A stretch of 63,306 bases of DNA, filler included, from Lenisia limosa (Eukaryota > Protista > Breviatea): NCBI GenBank assembly GCA_001655205.1. It is 12 parts of 12 records of this genome, joined end to end, with 100 filler letters (N's around TTAATTAATTAA, not from the genome) between each part and the next. Parts side by side here need not be neighbours in the genome. Positions count along the whole stretch, not along the records: positions 35,130 to 43,108 come from LPNZ01007022.1; positions 43,209 to 52,963 come from LPNZ01010857.1; 10 more parts are not named here. One strand, given 5' to 3'. The position numbers were made by a program, and so were the translations under genes. The notes below the pieces were generated by a model, which ran no database searches, had not been told where the DNA came from, and saw nothing but the letters and a program-made list of their open reading frames with translations. The number at the start of each line of letters is the position of its first letter. Positions within the stretch are counted from its first letter, which is position 1. This document shows, piece after piece, positions 36,243 through 49,167 of the stretch.

Positions 36243-39200
36243 CTAAACAGGGCAGAGCCACTGCGAGGGTCCATGTCTAACGTAATGAGAGACGGTGAAA
36301 GGCAAAGAAGACAAAGTCACGCCTACGTTCCAGAAGAAGCGAGTAAAGAAGTAAGAGTCGTCTGAAGGTTCGTGGGGGAGGAAGCGGGTGGAGAAGGGAA
36401 GGTCATCTGCATAGGGAGTTAATGAATAGCGCTCCAATAGTACGCTGGTCTAAATACACAATTCATTATGAAATGCGAAGACAACAAACTGCACATTTCA
36501 CAATAATACGTAGCACAATGAGAACAGGTGAGTAGGACCCACAGAGGATGTAGTCGTAGGGTTGGAAGAAAGAAGAGGATACTGAAGCTGCCGCCCTAAA
36601 TTCGTGAAAACTGGCTTCTTGGAGCTTCCCAATGGTCTGTAATATCCAATGCTTCTGTTCTCTTATACCCCCTGAAGTGCTAGCGCGGATTTTTTGACCC
36701 CCCCCCCCNNNNNNNNNNNNNNNNNNNNNNNNNNNNNNNNNNNNNNNNNNNNNNNNNNNNNNNNNCCGGGACTGGAATTGCCCACAGTCGGCCTGAAGTG
36801 TGAGACTGAGTTGCTTCACAAATCCTTTGAAATCTACGAGATATATATTATACATATCATATGATATACTGTTGAAAATATATCAGTATTTTGTGGATCT
36901 TAATGGCAGCACTAATACCCCCGCCCACCGAGCCATCATTCGGAGGCTGTAGTTTTCTTCTTCTTCCGCCGGCGTCTTTTGCCGTTGGACGACGTGCTCC
37001 TAGGGGGGGGGGGGTAAAATCTANNNNNNNNNNNNNNNNNNNNNNNNNNNNNNNNNNNNNNNNNNNNNNNNNNNNNNNNNNNNNNNNNNNNNNNNNNNNN
37101 NNNNNNNNNNNNNNNNNNNNNNNNNNNNNNNNNNNNNNNNNNNNNNNNNNNNNNNNNNNNNNNNNNNNNNNNNNNTCGCTTCCATCACTCCAGCAAGGGG
37201 GGAGTGATGGAAGCCAACTCTACTGGCCAAACAAAACACAGGAGGGATTGAAATCAACAAAGTCCAGGCTGAGGGGTGTGGGGGGGAGGGTGATTGTAAA
37301 TCTACAATATTTATTGAAGAGATCTGTACAAATAAATAACCATGGTTATGACGTGGCATACTCGGGCTCGGGGCTTGGAGTGGCCTTGATGGTGAGGGCC
37401 TTCTGCGGCGGCGGAGTGTACGTTGTCGTCACTTTCTATATGCTCAGTCTGGAGTGCACATTTGTTGCACTATCATGAAGTCAAAGTTAATACGTTCAAA
37501 ATGATTTATGCACATTGTATGATATGAAATAACTCCAAACACCCACCTTGACAGGCGCTTTAGGCTGAGGCACAACAATAGTGGATGAAGTGGAGGGGGT
37601 GAATTTGGTGTATTGCTCGATGGCCAGTACCAGTGTTGTGGACGCCTTAGTGACAAAGAATTTGTTCTAAACTGTGAGAAGCGTTCTGAGCCTTGCTGTC
37701 TATAGTATTTCTCGATTCACCATTTTGGATCTCTCATAAAAACGGAAGAAAAGAAGACAAGAAGCCAGGAGGGCACCCACATCTTTGACGTGTTCAGTCT
37801 TCTCGGACCAATCTGAGAGGCGTGTCCATTGCAGCTTCGGTACCGTCAGATCCGGCTGGGTCTGGTTGTTGGTGGTGGCAATCTAATGGTGTTATATCAT
37901 CAGGTTGAAGTATCTGGTATTGATCATGAGTAGTGAATCGAATCGGAGAAACGCATCACTCGTCCAGAACAAAGATGACCTTCCACCGGACCAACCATGA
38001 GCTGTTTAGCTGGCTTGGCGACTGCTCTGGAGAGCATTGACGCGAATTGGCCGCATGTGATGAGGGGGTCAACAAAAACCTGGTGGAATCTGGCAGAAAA
38101 CAGGTCTTCGGTGCAAGCTTCGCTTTCGCTCACGTCAGCTGGATAGGGCTTCGGCATGACAGTGTACATTTGCAGCTGGGGGGGATATATGAAGACACTA
38201 TCAGAAATAAAAAAAAGAAGTGGTCTCGGGTACCAGAATGTGGTTTATACATTATAAAGTATACATCATGTACATTTAACATGAATGCATGATTCTATTG
38301 ATCAGTCCATACGGGTTGGATAGCTTCCGGGAGCTCCAGATTCTTAACCAGTTTTTGGAGGCAAATCTCCTGGTTTTCTGCAGGATAAAGGTGAGACTAA
38401 GACCAAATTTCTCACTCGATTGCCTCGGTTTGCAGTATTGCGCGAGGGTGTCTGTTTTGATCATCAGATCTGCAGGGAACTGATCGCCTCTCGCCAACTT
38501 CCGCACTGCAGTGTAACAAATGTAAGGGAAAAGGTGACATAATGGGGTAGTAGGCGTAAATGAATGTGAAGAAAAGAGACATAATATGATGGAGATAGTT
38601 ATTTGCCAACTTTTTCTCAAGACCAGCCCTTCGGCCTTGATTCCCAGCCGATTTGACAGTCGTCGGATCGTATCAAGAACCCTGTTGGGGTCAGTCCACT
38701 CGGAAATCAGAATCAATCGGTTAGTATATATAAATATATACATATGATACACATCATCATATCCCTTGTTTTGAAAGTGTTATATCGAATTCAAGCTCTT
38801 CACCAAGATGAAATAATCAATGAACAAGGCAGCATACGTGAAAGAAGTGTCAAGGACAACGTCTTTTTGCACTGTCAAATAGTTCTGCGGTGTTATATCG
38901 GGAATATACTTATCTGGTCCAACTATTCTTTCTTCAGCTGAAGAAGTGAACACCCACCTGTTTTTCAGCGAAGTTGAAGGAGGAGGCAGCTTCAGTATCA
39001 GTTTCCCAGGGGATTGTCTTCCATTCTACGTCCTGCTCACATTATTTGGGTAACACAAGACATAATTGTATGTATTATGTACAATCCTCAGAGATTTCAA
39101 TGATGTGTGAATCCGGTCACCGATTCGCTCGCGTCGGAAAGGTACATTTTCTTGAGCTGGTCGGACGCCTCTTCAATGTCACTACGCAGTCAAATGAGGG

Positions 39201-42200
39201 GAAATAAACACAAAAATATTGTGTCTTTTCTTGACTGGAATATTGTATATAGTAGATAAATAATTATGGCACAAGATGTAGTTTTGGAATCATGAGTTCA
39301 ACAGCAGTAAGCCCACGTGGACAGCGCTGTAGGCTTTGGGGAAGAGTGTGGTAAGATGGATTCGTAGCTGGGCAACGAGCACTGTGTCTTGACTGTGTGG
39401 TCAATAATGTGAACGGGACTAAGTGGAAGAAGCCAAGAGAGATTTGAAAAAAGTAAATAATGTTGAGACCTTGATAAGCGGGATAATAAAAACGTTCAGA
39501 GTAGTCCAAATTGAGAGAAAGAGAAGAGTTGAAAAGTGAACCGGATCATAATACTCCAACAAGGTGTAATAAACTGAGCCAAGAAAAAAATGCTGCTTTG
39601 GACAAAAATGCCGCGCGGAACCGACATTTTGGGGTGTGGTCAGACGAGGGATTGGCGAACACGTAGAGGGGGAACGCATGAGCTTGTGGCTCGTTTATGT
39701 ACACGGTGAAGCGCTCCTGAAGCGGGTTACTCGATAAATGGCGGGAAAGAAGTGACACGGGAGAGAAGTAACAAAAGACACAGGAGAGAAATGAAAAGGG
39801 ACACAAGAGAGAAATGACAAGAGACACCCGAGATGAGAACTACGCTAACTCTGTTCTTTCCAAGGGGCCTTGCCTCTTCGACAATAATTTGGCTTTGGTC
39901 GTAAATGGAGCATTCTGAAGGGATGAAGGCTTCACTTGGCCAATAAAACAACAAAACAGAATTGCTTTCTTTTTCTTTCTCTGGTACACGATATCATGTT
40001 TGACACAATGTAAGTATAGGTATACGGAACTATTATAACCTATGTATTATATAATATCATATTCTATCTGTTAACAGTACACATGATACGATTATATGAA
40101 TTATGCTTAATATTATCATAATATCAATGTGAATTGTGCACACCTTCAAGGGTTTTGTCTTCGTCAAGCTCCTTAGAACCATTATAGCTACACAGTATTA
40201 CCAAAGTGAAATAAAGAGTTTTCAAGTTAAACTAGTAATACAAAGCTTATCAAAGATGAATGAAATAATCAAATCCAACCTTGACGATTTGACCCGAAGA
40301 AGTTGATGAGAAATACCCACGGCCTGGCTGAACTCAGCTTTGAATTCGCCTGGAGGAGTCAATCGGATTTTTAAGGAACAAACAATAGTAGCACTATTGA
40401 TAAAGGTTCCTCAGTGCATTTTGGACAACAATTTATACCCTCAGTAATTTCAATGGGATTGAACAAACCGATTGATTTGTTTTTGTGGATGTGATGCCTG
40501 TGCAACTCCTTCTTTGACGCGCTGTTAATGAATTCATCATCGTCCTTCTTCATGATGTCAAGCTGCCGGGGGTGGGGGTAAGATAGAGGAGCTAGGGGGT
40601 GGGTGCATCAAACAGTGCAGCATGAAGAGAGAAAAGTGCCTACCGAAGGGTCCAGTCGTGCGGACTTCTGTGAGGTTGACCGGACAAAAGTCACCTGAAC
40701 AGTCATTGATAATAAAAAAAAACAGTAACAGCAATCTTATAATTCTCCTAAACAAAGACAACTATCATCAAAACCACAAACATTGAGCATAATAGTATCT
40801 CTGTAGAACTCCAGACGTTTCAAGAAGTAGGGCTGGAACCATAAGATCCAAGATGCTTATGAATAACAAGGCTATCATGCTCTTTAATACAAGCTCTAGA
40901 AATGCCGTGATATCATATGATATACAGTGACCGGGGTAAGTCTTGACCGATTTGCTCTATGATTCCCAAGGAAAATTGGTCGACTTATCCCAGTCACTGT
41001 ACTATAAGGAAGGTTTTGCGGGGTGTTGCCCAGACGCACCTCATTTCCCTTGACGCTTTCAAGGACAACATACCCTCCGTCAGCAAACTCGGACTCCTAA
41101 AAAGGTCATATTGAAGTGTTAGTTCCACGAGTATCTATTAAGAGCACCAGCTGGGAATCCCATAAGACTACCAGCATCAGCATATTTATACGCAGTAGCG
41201 CAGTAATAAGTCCAGCCGTCCAACCTTCAAGAGGGTGCTTGAGTCAGTCTTTGTCAAATGACCGTTGACCATGATGGCGAGAGATCGAGTGCCCAGACCC
41301 GTCATCTTAATGAACTCGTTCTTTAGGTCCGAGTATTTCGCCTGCGTGTGAGGTTGACAGTAAAAAAAGACAAATTACTATTTGCGAGGTGTGGGGTGTA
41401 TTGCAAGAGCTTGTTTCTGATGGAGAGTGGCCTCTTTGATCCTACATTTCTTGGGAGGTAGATCTCTAAGCATTCCTTTGCGATCTCCTTGTAGATGTTC
41501 TCAAAAGAGGTTCCCTAATAATGAGACAGAAGTAGGTAGAATGAGGCGGTTTTTTGAACCAATTCAATACAAATGCCTCCTACGTCCTGGTTAGTAGAGA
41601 AAAAGTTCCGCAGAGACTTGTCAAACTCCTCAATGGTGGCAGTACTTGCTAGTTTGTCCACACCGATGCTGTATATCACTCGAACCTAAGGGGTGAAACA
41701 GAGCACTAAGACAGTCTGTGGGAGCTCTTTTTGAATAAATACGAACAAAGCACATATTGTTTTGCAACAACTGAAAATACAATCTCTTCCCCATCCACCT
41801 AAACAAACCTGTCACCCTGAGCCCGCATATAAACCCGCTCCAACCAGATAGTCGTCGGGACGGACCTGAATGGGTTCTCTGTCGGGATGTGGAACCTGGA
41901 GTATTAATGGTAGTAATGCGGTTGGCCAAATGGCGAAGGTCTCACCTCAATAATCAGAGTTTCATGGGACTGAATTTTGAGATCAATGAAGTTCTAAAAA
42001 GTCAAACTGGCCACGGCTTCAGGTCCCTACTCCTTCGCCGATCTCTCGAACGCATCTTTTGCTCGCATTGTCCATGACCAACAGGCGACAGTCGGCCGCG
42101 TTAGCGTCTATCACCACACCCATGTCAAAGAAGAGCTTCTTGTTCTACGCCGTCACGAATCGACCGAGCTTACCTTCTCATTACGGAGGTCGTTGTATTG

Positions 42201-43000
42201 GTCTCTGATTGAAGCGCACTCAGCAACCACGACCATGAGGACTTCCTCCTTGATTTCTTCGATTGTGGACCGTCTGTCGGAATAAATGCGCTCGACACAT
42301 GCAACCACTTTATTATTCTCTGACGGTGCATGGTCAAAAAATGAAGCACCATAAAAAGACAATAAGCAAAGGGATAAAGGTCACATAGTAGAAAAAGTAT
42401 AGTCATTTGTACGCGATAATCCTCCATTTGGGGCCAGCTCACGTATCAAGATCCACGGTGAATTCATGGGGAATGGGGGCGGTTCCTGCTGTGATACCAC
42501 AGGTCTGGGGCTTGAAGAAATAGGCTTCCTGAAATGTCACTTGCTCGATCATTTTTCGGGTTAAACAATGGGGGTAGTGTGTCGCGGCTTGGGAGGCATA
42601 TCTCATTTGTTGATTGCAGATATGAAGCAAACCTGCTGTCTTTTGATTCTCTTTTCCTCTTGACGGTTTTCTTCGTCTATGACTGAAAAGTGAACAGAAG
42701 TGGTTTCTATCTAGGGCTTCACTTCGGTTCGAAAAAAGACTGAATGTCTCGATAAATCCTATCGATATTTTTCCGAGTTTTTTCAAAGCGAAGTGAAGCC
42801 ATATTTCTATCCCATAACATATAATATGGTCAAGGCTTCGTGGTTGCAAAGAAGATGCATACCTTTGATAACGGACATGGGCAGGTCCTCCATTTTCATT
42901 GGAGCTGGGGCAACCTGGTCAATTCGACGGTACATCAGCTGAACAAATAAGCTGGGAGTAATGCCAGATGCATTGGAACTTGACGTACCAACATGAGACT
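36243..43000 (-). CDS. One or more hypothetical multi-exon proteins (minus strand)
   Basis: Many AG/GT-bounded open exons, e.g. 36919-36999 EHVVQRQKTPAEEEENYSLRMMARWAG, AKYSDLKNEFIKMTGLGTRSLAIMVNGH, NKKLFFDMGVVIDANAADCRLLVMD; no family recognised. Confidence 0.55.
37001..37270 (-). repeat. Family B array whose tail provides the splice acceptor directly (ATTTTA-C12-TAG|exon)
   Basis: Head CTGGAGTGATGG at 37194 (minus), gap, tail at 37001-37020 abutting the in-frame exon 36919-36999; degenerate upstream unit to about 37270. Confidence 0.8.
40925..40999. mobile_element. Family C Tc1/mariner-like MITE with TA TSD
   Basis: TA-CAGTGACCGGGGTAAGTC...GACTTATCCCAGTCACTG-TA; a left half of another copy lies at 43024-43070. 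Confidence 0.9.
42712..42803. mobile_element. Family A hAT-like MITE with perfect 8-bp TSD
   Basis: TTTCTATC-[TAGGGCTTCACTTCG...CGAAGTGAAGCCATA]-TTTCTATC. Confidence 0.95.
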
Positions 43001-43208
43001 AGAGCATGGTAATCCTTTCCATACAGTGACCGGGATAAGTCTTGACCTATTTGCTCTGTGATTTCTATGTACTACATGCATATGATAGCCTGTTCCGCTA
43101 AGCCCTAGNNNNNNNNNNNNNNNNNNNNNNNNNNNNNNNNNNNNNNNNNNNNTTAATTAATTAANNNNNNNNNNNNNNNNNNNNNNNNNNNNNNNNNNNN
43201 NNNNNNNN

Positions 43209-43689
43209 GCGCTTGAGACCCCCGACCTTGCACATGCCTACGCCGACATGGTGGATCCTGATGTGCTGGTGGGGCATTGATTCTGGTCATGAAATAATTT
43301 GTCTTCTCAGATGAAATCATGAAGAGTACTTTCTTATTAACTCCCCCATCTAATTTATTACTTCAACTAACTGTGCTTTCTAACCCTTCAGAGTGGGAAA
43401 TCCAAGCCAGTCTTCACCCCCACCAACGAAGTTCTTGACCTCAAATCTATCCCAGAGGATGACCAGAACGATGCCAAAATCGCCTGGTTGAGAAAGGGCA
43501 CTGTTGGGGGGGAAGGGGTATGGCAAAACAAAACGCTTTAAAGTGGTTCCATATTCTCTAACATTCGCAGTTTGCTAAATGTGAGGAGTCGTGGGAAGAC
43601 CGATTTGATCGAATCGTCGCCTACCACCGCAAGAACCATTACGATAAAGGCATGGTAGCCAACATCATGGCAGTTTTCTCACCACCTAA
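43209..43689 (+). CDS. Hypothetical protein exons (partial)
   Basis: EWEIQASLHPTNEVLDLKSIPEDDQNDAKIAW and FAKCEESWEDRFDRIVAYHRKNHYDKGMVANIMAVFSPPK bounded by AG/GT. Confidence 0.55.
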
Positions 43690-43999
43690 GTGGGGGGGGG
43701 GGGNNNNNNNNNNNNNNNNNNNNNNNNNNNNNNNNNNNNNNNNNNNNNNNNNNNNNNNNNNNNNNNNNNNNNNNNNNNNNNNNNNNNNNNNNNNNNNNNN
43801 NNNNNNNNNNNNNNNNNNNNNNNNNNNNNNNNNNNNNNNNNNNNNNNNNNNNNNNNNNNNNNNNNNNNNNNNNNNNNNNNNNNNNNNNNNNNNNNNCGGA
43901 AAGCAGCCAAGGGCTCTACCGTTCGTAAAAGGAAATAGCTTCTTTTAAAAAACCAAGTTTTGATAGATTTTGTGTTATTGGTACATTAACTAGAAGAAA

Positions 44000-45042
44000 A
44001 CATGATTTACACTCTGTTGCCTCCATGCTCTATGATTACGCGGTAGAGGGAACCGTAGTAGCAGTAACGAATGCCAAGTGCCTAAAAGCGTAACATAAAT
44101 CAACTGGCCGTCAGATACAGTATAATGTGATTTTACAACCAAGCCTAACCTGGATATCTTGAATAGCGGCAACAAACTTGAGACAAGCATCAGATGGGTC
44201 AAAGTCTTCTAAAGAGCAAATTAATTCCTAGAAAATTAGTAGTTCCTCAACCGCCTACAGAGTCACGGAATTGAGCGTTTGAACTGGAAGAAACCAGGTA
44301 CTGAGCTGCAAATTGACGGAGAATTGCCGTGAATTCCTACAATTAAACAATTAACACTTGCAAACTTTTGTGTCATCAAGACTAAGCATTTTGAGGAAAT
44401 GTGAGATCAATTTTGGGTGCAGATGACATGTATCGATTTTGGAAATTTGATACCTCCTCGGCCTTAATAGGAGCTGGCCGTTTATTGTCATGCGCCTTCG
44501 AATTGCTCGGGGCTTGTGCACAGTTGTTCTCTTGAAGAGCTGAGAAGGTAAAAATTGTGAGATTTGAGACAAAATAAATATTACTGTCTTTTGTTGTCAG
44601 ACTCCACTCTCCTCACAAAAGATGGGACAAGAATCACTTTTGCCAAAAAATAGAATAATGAAAGGTTTAGGATAAACCCAGTTTCCCTTCCTGCTACCCC
44701 AATACTTGTTTCTACTGCTTTCGACACACCCTCATCTATGGAGAGATTGACTTCAAGGGATGAGTTGACAGCTTTCAGTTTCTCAGGGTTTGATATTTTT
44801 GGATCAGAGGTGTCCCTAATCCAATGAATGTCAAGTTGGTTAATAGGATACACAACACCCACCCTATTTCCCGACATAAAAAGTATTGATTCTGAGTACA
44901 CAAGCCCAGAGTGGGCATCTCTCTAAAAACTCTTTTTGATTTGGCAACCCCGGTATTTCGCCCCAAATTTACTCCAAAAAGCTTACCCGGTACTCCTTTT
45001 GCTGGGCTTTGGGGGGTCTGGTTCAATGAAAGGCCTTGTCAT
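44000..45042 (-). CDS. Hypothetical multi-exon protein (approximate)
   Basis: ATG near 45042 MTRPFIEPDPPKPSKRST|GTAAGC; later exon IRDTSDPKISNPEKLKAVNSSLEVNLSIDEGVSKAVE. Confidence 0.45.
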
Positions 45043-45669
45043 CTTTGAGAAAATAAGAACTAAAAGTGAAAGACACCAAACTACCCAAACTCATCTATAT
45101 TATATCGATATACTATATATATATATATATGTCAAAGAGATAAAAACAAAAAAAAACAATCTTCAATTCTCCCCTTCATCTGCATTTTTTTGAATATTGT
45201 TGTGTAGCTGCGTAGCAGGAGAAATCAAGAATTTAAATAGAGATGAAAAAAAAGTTGAAAAAAAGCGTAAAATTGACCAAACCTGATCGTGAACTGTCTG
45301 TTTCTTAACTATCCCTCCAGTCGCCCATCTTTTCTTCACATATTCCTAAAAAGTGAAAGAGGAGAGGAAGAAAACCCCTCAAAAGCTTGAAGAGATGATT
45401 ATATTGGTGAACTGGTGTCCCTCCCCACAGTGTTTTCCAGGGTGCGTTATTCTCACGAAATTCTCACCACATCACCACCGCGTCGTATTCACACTAATAT
45501 TGGTCTTTCACGTTGCCGTTTTGCCAGTTGTTGTTTTTAAGGTTGTGCCCAAAATAAATACGATACCTCTTCTGACTTTGTATTCCTCCCAACCCCCTAT
45601 TCCACCTATTCCAATAATAATAAATTAACAAATAATTGGGAAATTGGGAAATTAATAGACATTTATTCA

Positions 45670-48600
45670 TCCCAGATGTGGCACGTCATACCTGTTCCTG
45701 TTACAGTGCTCCTGCTCATGTCGATGCTTATGACAATGTATGTGGATGTGGTTAAAATTGTGTGCTTTGGTTTGGGGGTTAACACATTTTTCTGCTTTGT
45801 GGTGACGTGTATTGAGATATACTTTACATAATTGAGGGTTTATCGGATGGAAGCTTATAAGGTATCAAGAGGCTGGCTGGACTGTAAAGAGAGTGATGTA
45901 TATCAACGATAAACTCTAAATACCTAGGACAATGGCAACAGCTTCACTGGGACTTTCAACTTCCGATGGACTGAAATTTGAAGTTATGGATGACCCTACA
46001 AACCCAAAGGCTCCAGTACCCTATGTAGGCTCTGGATCTTGTGCTCTTCATTTTGGTGAGCACTGTCATCATCTCTTTTTTGTTTGCAAATGTAGAAACG
46101 TTTAATAACAAGAATAGGAAAGAAAAACGAATGATAGAGGGGATAGAGGTGCAATCAGTGAGATGATTATTGGGCGTATGTCATAGTAGACCAGTGCACG
46201 AAGTTACCATGCTCAATGGACGCTTCACGTTGCGATATGTTTGTACTGTTTCTTAATATGTAGGAGAAATACAACGCTCTGCTACAGCGGGTTCTTGATA
46301 TAGAAGCGGTGGGTGCCTCCCATGATCTCCCTAACCTATTGCGGCTTACTCCACCCTCTTTTTTGTCTTATGAATATACTTCTTTTCACCCCCCCCCCTC
46401 CCCCTCCCAGTTATGGTTTTTTAATGTACTGTACTTTATACGGGTGTTCTTCTCTCTTCAAATCTTGATTGAATAGTTTCATGTTTTAGTTGTTCCCTTG
46501 TGTTAATGTAGACTTTTCNNNNNNNNNNNNNNNNNNNNNNNNNNNNNNNNNNNNNNNNNNNNNNNNNNNNNNNNNNNNNNNNNNNNNNNNNNNNNNNNNN
46601 NNNNNNNNNNNNNNNNNNNNNNNNNNNTGGTGTATTCATCCTCACGTGTAATACTGACCGTTTTAGGAGTGGGATTTGATAAAACCTGTTCCTTTGCAGC
46701 TCACAACGGAACAGCCTTCCTTGCCTCTGCTGGAAACGTAGGATATGTGTTATGTAAATATCAAACGCTCTCGGATATGTTGTCCCATCACTTGTGATTA
46801 GGGCTTCACTTTGGTTCGAAAAAAGACTGAATTTCCCGATAAATCTTCGAAAACTATCGATATTTTTACGGTCTTTTTTGAACTGAAGTGAAGCCCAAGC
46901 TGGGGAGATACACAGACAGATGTGTGCACACACTATTTGATTCTACTCTTCTGACTAATTACTTCAGTATTACTAAATTTGTAGGTTATTAGCTGCAGCC
47001 CTGTGGCGCTCCCAACTCCTCTTTATGAAGGTACGAAATTGATCTCAGATACATAATATTATAGTTCTTCAGAAGTACTAGCAAAATCAGTGTAAAGCCT
47101 TGGGGAAAGAGGGACATATTCTATCCTTTTATTGTTCAATACTGTCTTATCCTTCTTTGAGGAAACGTGATGTCTCATGATGTAGCTAAAGGTTGTTTTG
47201 AACTCCTGTCTCAAGGAGCACCTGAGGGGGTTTACACATTTACCACTGAATATGGTGAGTAGCATTCTGGGGGCAAGACTACATCTTATGATCTTTTGAC
47301 AACTCGCTATTTATCTTCTCGGATTATGTTCTCAGGAGTGTACGATCTTGATTGCTTCAATGATGCCACTTATGGAGGTGAGTCTAAAGCATATTTTTTA
47401 TCATATTTAATCCATCAATCCTCCATCACACGTCTTATTTGGCGCTTTTCTTCCATTGAACTTTTGAACATTAATGGGGGCTGACCCGTTAGTTGGATGG
47501 ACCCGACTGACACCGTCCCTCATTTCTCAAATGAAGAGATGGCCTTCTTGCTCAGGAGACAACCTCATTAATCCATGTGGGGAGAAAAAGGTTTCTACTT
47601 GCCTTTTTAAACTCGAGTCCTTTTTTTTAGAGTGAAGTTGGCAAAGTAAAAATGCATCTTCAAATTCCGATAAGATAACAAAGAGAGATTCATTTTCTTA
47701 CAATTATTCATACCATGTCTCATCACATCAAGAAATGAATGTACTCTTGTTAGATAATATTAGATATATTATACATATATAATACATATCATAGCATATA
47801 GTGTACATACACCGTCGATTTTCTTCCCTGTCTCGCAAACGATTTCTCATCAGTGTAGCTTCGATATTCTTGAACTGCAACTATAATGCAGAAGGCAGTG
47901 CGCAGCATTGCGGTTGTGGCTTCACAACCACCTTCAAAATATTCGTTTCTGGTGGGGGAGGTGCACAAATAATGACTATTATGTGATTATTACATAACTG
48001 TAAAGAGAATATTGATGTGACATCCCCTCACCTCCATTTTTTTTTTTGGTTTTTAAATATTGCAATTGCTTTGGACTCATAATCAATTAGTTCTTTTTAT
48101 ACAGCTTTTACCATTTGTTCTTGAATGGGGGGGGGGGGNNNNNNNNNNNNNNNNNNNNNNNNNNNNNNNNNNNNNNNNNNNNNNNNNNNNNNNNNNNNNN
48201 NNNNNNNNNNNNNNNNNNNNNNNNNNNNNNNNNNNNNNNNTTTCGCCAATCATCATCCCCAGCAACCACATCTGCCGGTGAGTTGGCATTTTCCGAGCTT
48301 AAATGTGTGTTTTTACTTTGGTAACTCCACACAGCTGGATCAGAATCCCCAGATAGCTCGACGATGCTTTACTCCGCGTTTCCCAATGAGTCTGGATCAT
48401 ACCACTATCCTGTAAGCGCGGTGCTAGGGTTGTAAAGGATTACGTGTGTTCTTTGATTTTTCAGGGACACAAGCCTATTTGCACTGAAGACTGTACAATT
48501 ATTCAAACCAGTGGAACATCTTATCAATTTGTGAGTTTGGGTAAATGGCTGAATCATGAACGAATTCGCATGTGATTTGAAAAGGGTTTCACTCCAGTGC

Positions 48601-48760
48601 AATGGTTGTACTTCAACAATATAAACGAGGTGATGTGGACGCCTCTAACTCTTCCAGTCCAACCCTTCACCGGGATTTGTCTTCATGCACATTGGGATGA
48701 AGAAGTACACCTCGAACCCAAAAACGGCGACCATCAACCACATGTGGAGATAGCCTTTGC
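45670..48760 (+). CDS. Hypothetical multi-exon protein(s) (approximate)
   Basis: AG/GT-bounded exons such as MATASLGLSTSDGLKFEVMDDPTNPKAPVPYVGSGSCALHF, RIMFSGVYDLDCFNDATYG, GSESPDSSTMLYSAFPNESGSYHYP. Confidence 0.45.
46799..46898. mobile_element. Family A MITE (intronic)
   Basis: TAGGGCTTCACTTTGGTTCG...CTGAAGTGAAGCCCAA. Confidence 0.9.
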
Positions 48761-49167
48761 TAAAATTCTGTACATTCAACACTGAAGACTTCAAATCCCC
48801 GACACCTTTTAACTGTTTTTTTTTGCCAATTTGCGATCCGTTTTTAATACATTCACCCAATCATCATACCAAACAAATAAACAAAGTTGTTGCCACCAGT
48901 CAAAGCGCAAACTTGGCTCAAACATATGCAAAAATCATAATTATGACAATTGCGAAATTGTGCCCAAGAAAAATACGGTTTTACATTTAAACTCCCGAAA
49001 AAATAAAATTGTTTGGGATTTTGAAATTTTGACAGGAAGTGAGACGGTTATTATCCCACTTTATACTTAAACCTTGTCAAGTTAAGGCAATAGGGATCTT
49101 AGGCGTCAATTTGATTCTCTAACGAAGCAGCTTTCAAAGGACAAATATAGCTATTTAACTTAGAACA

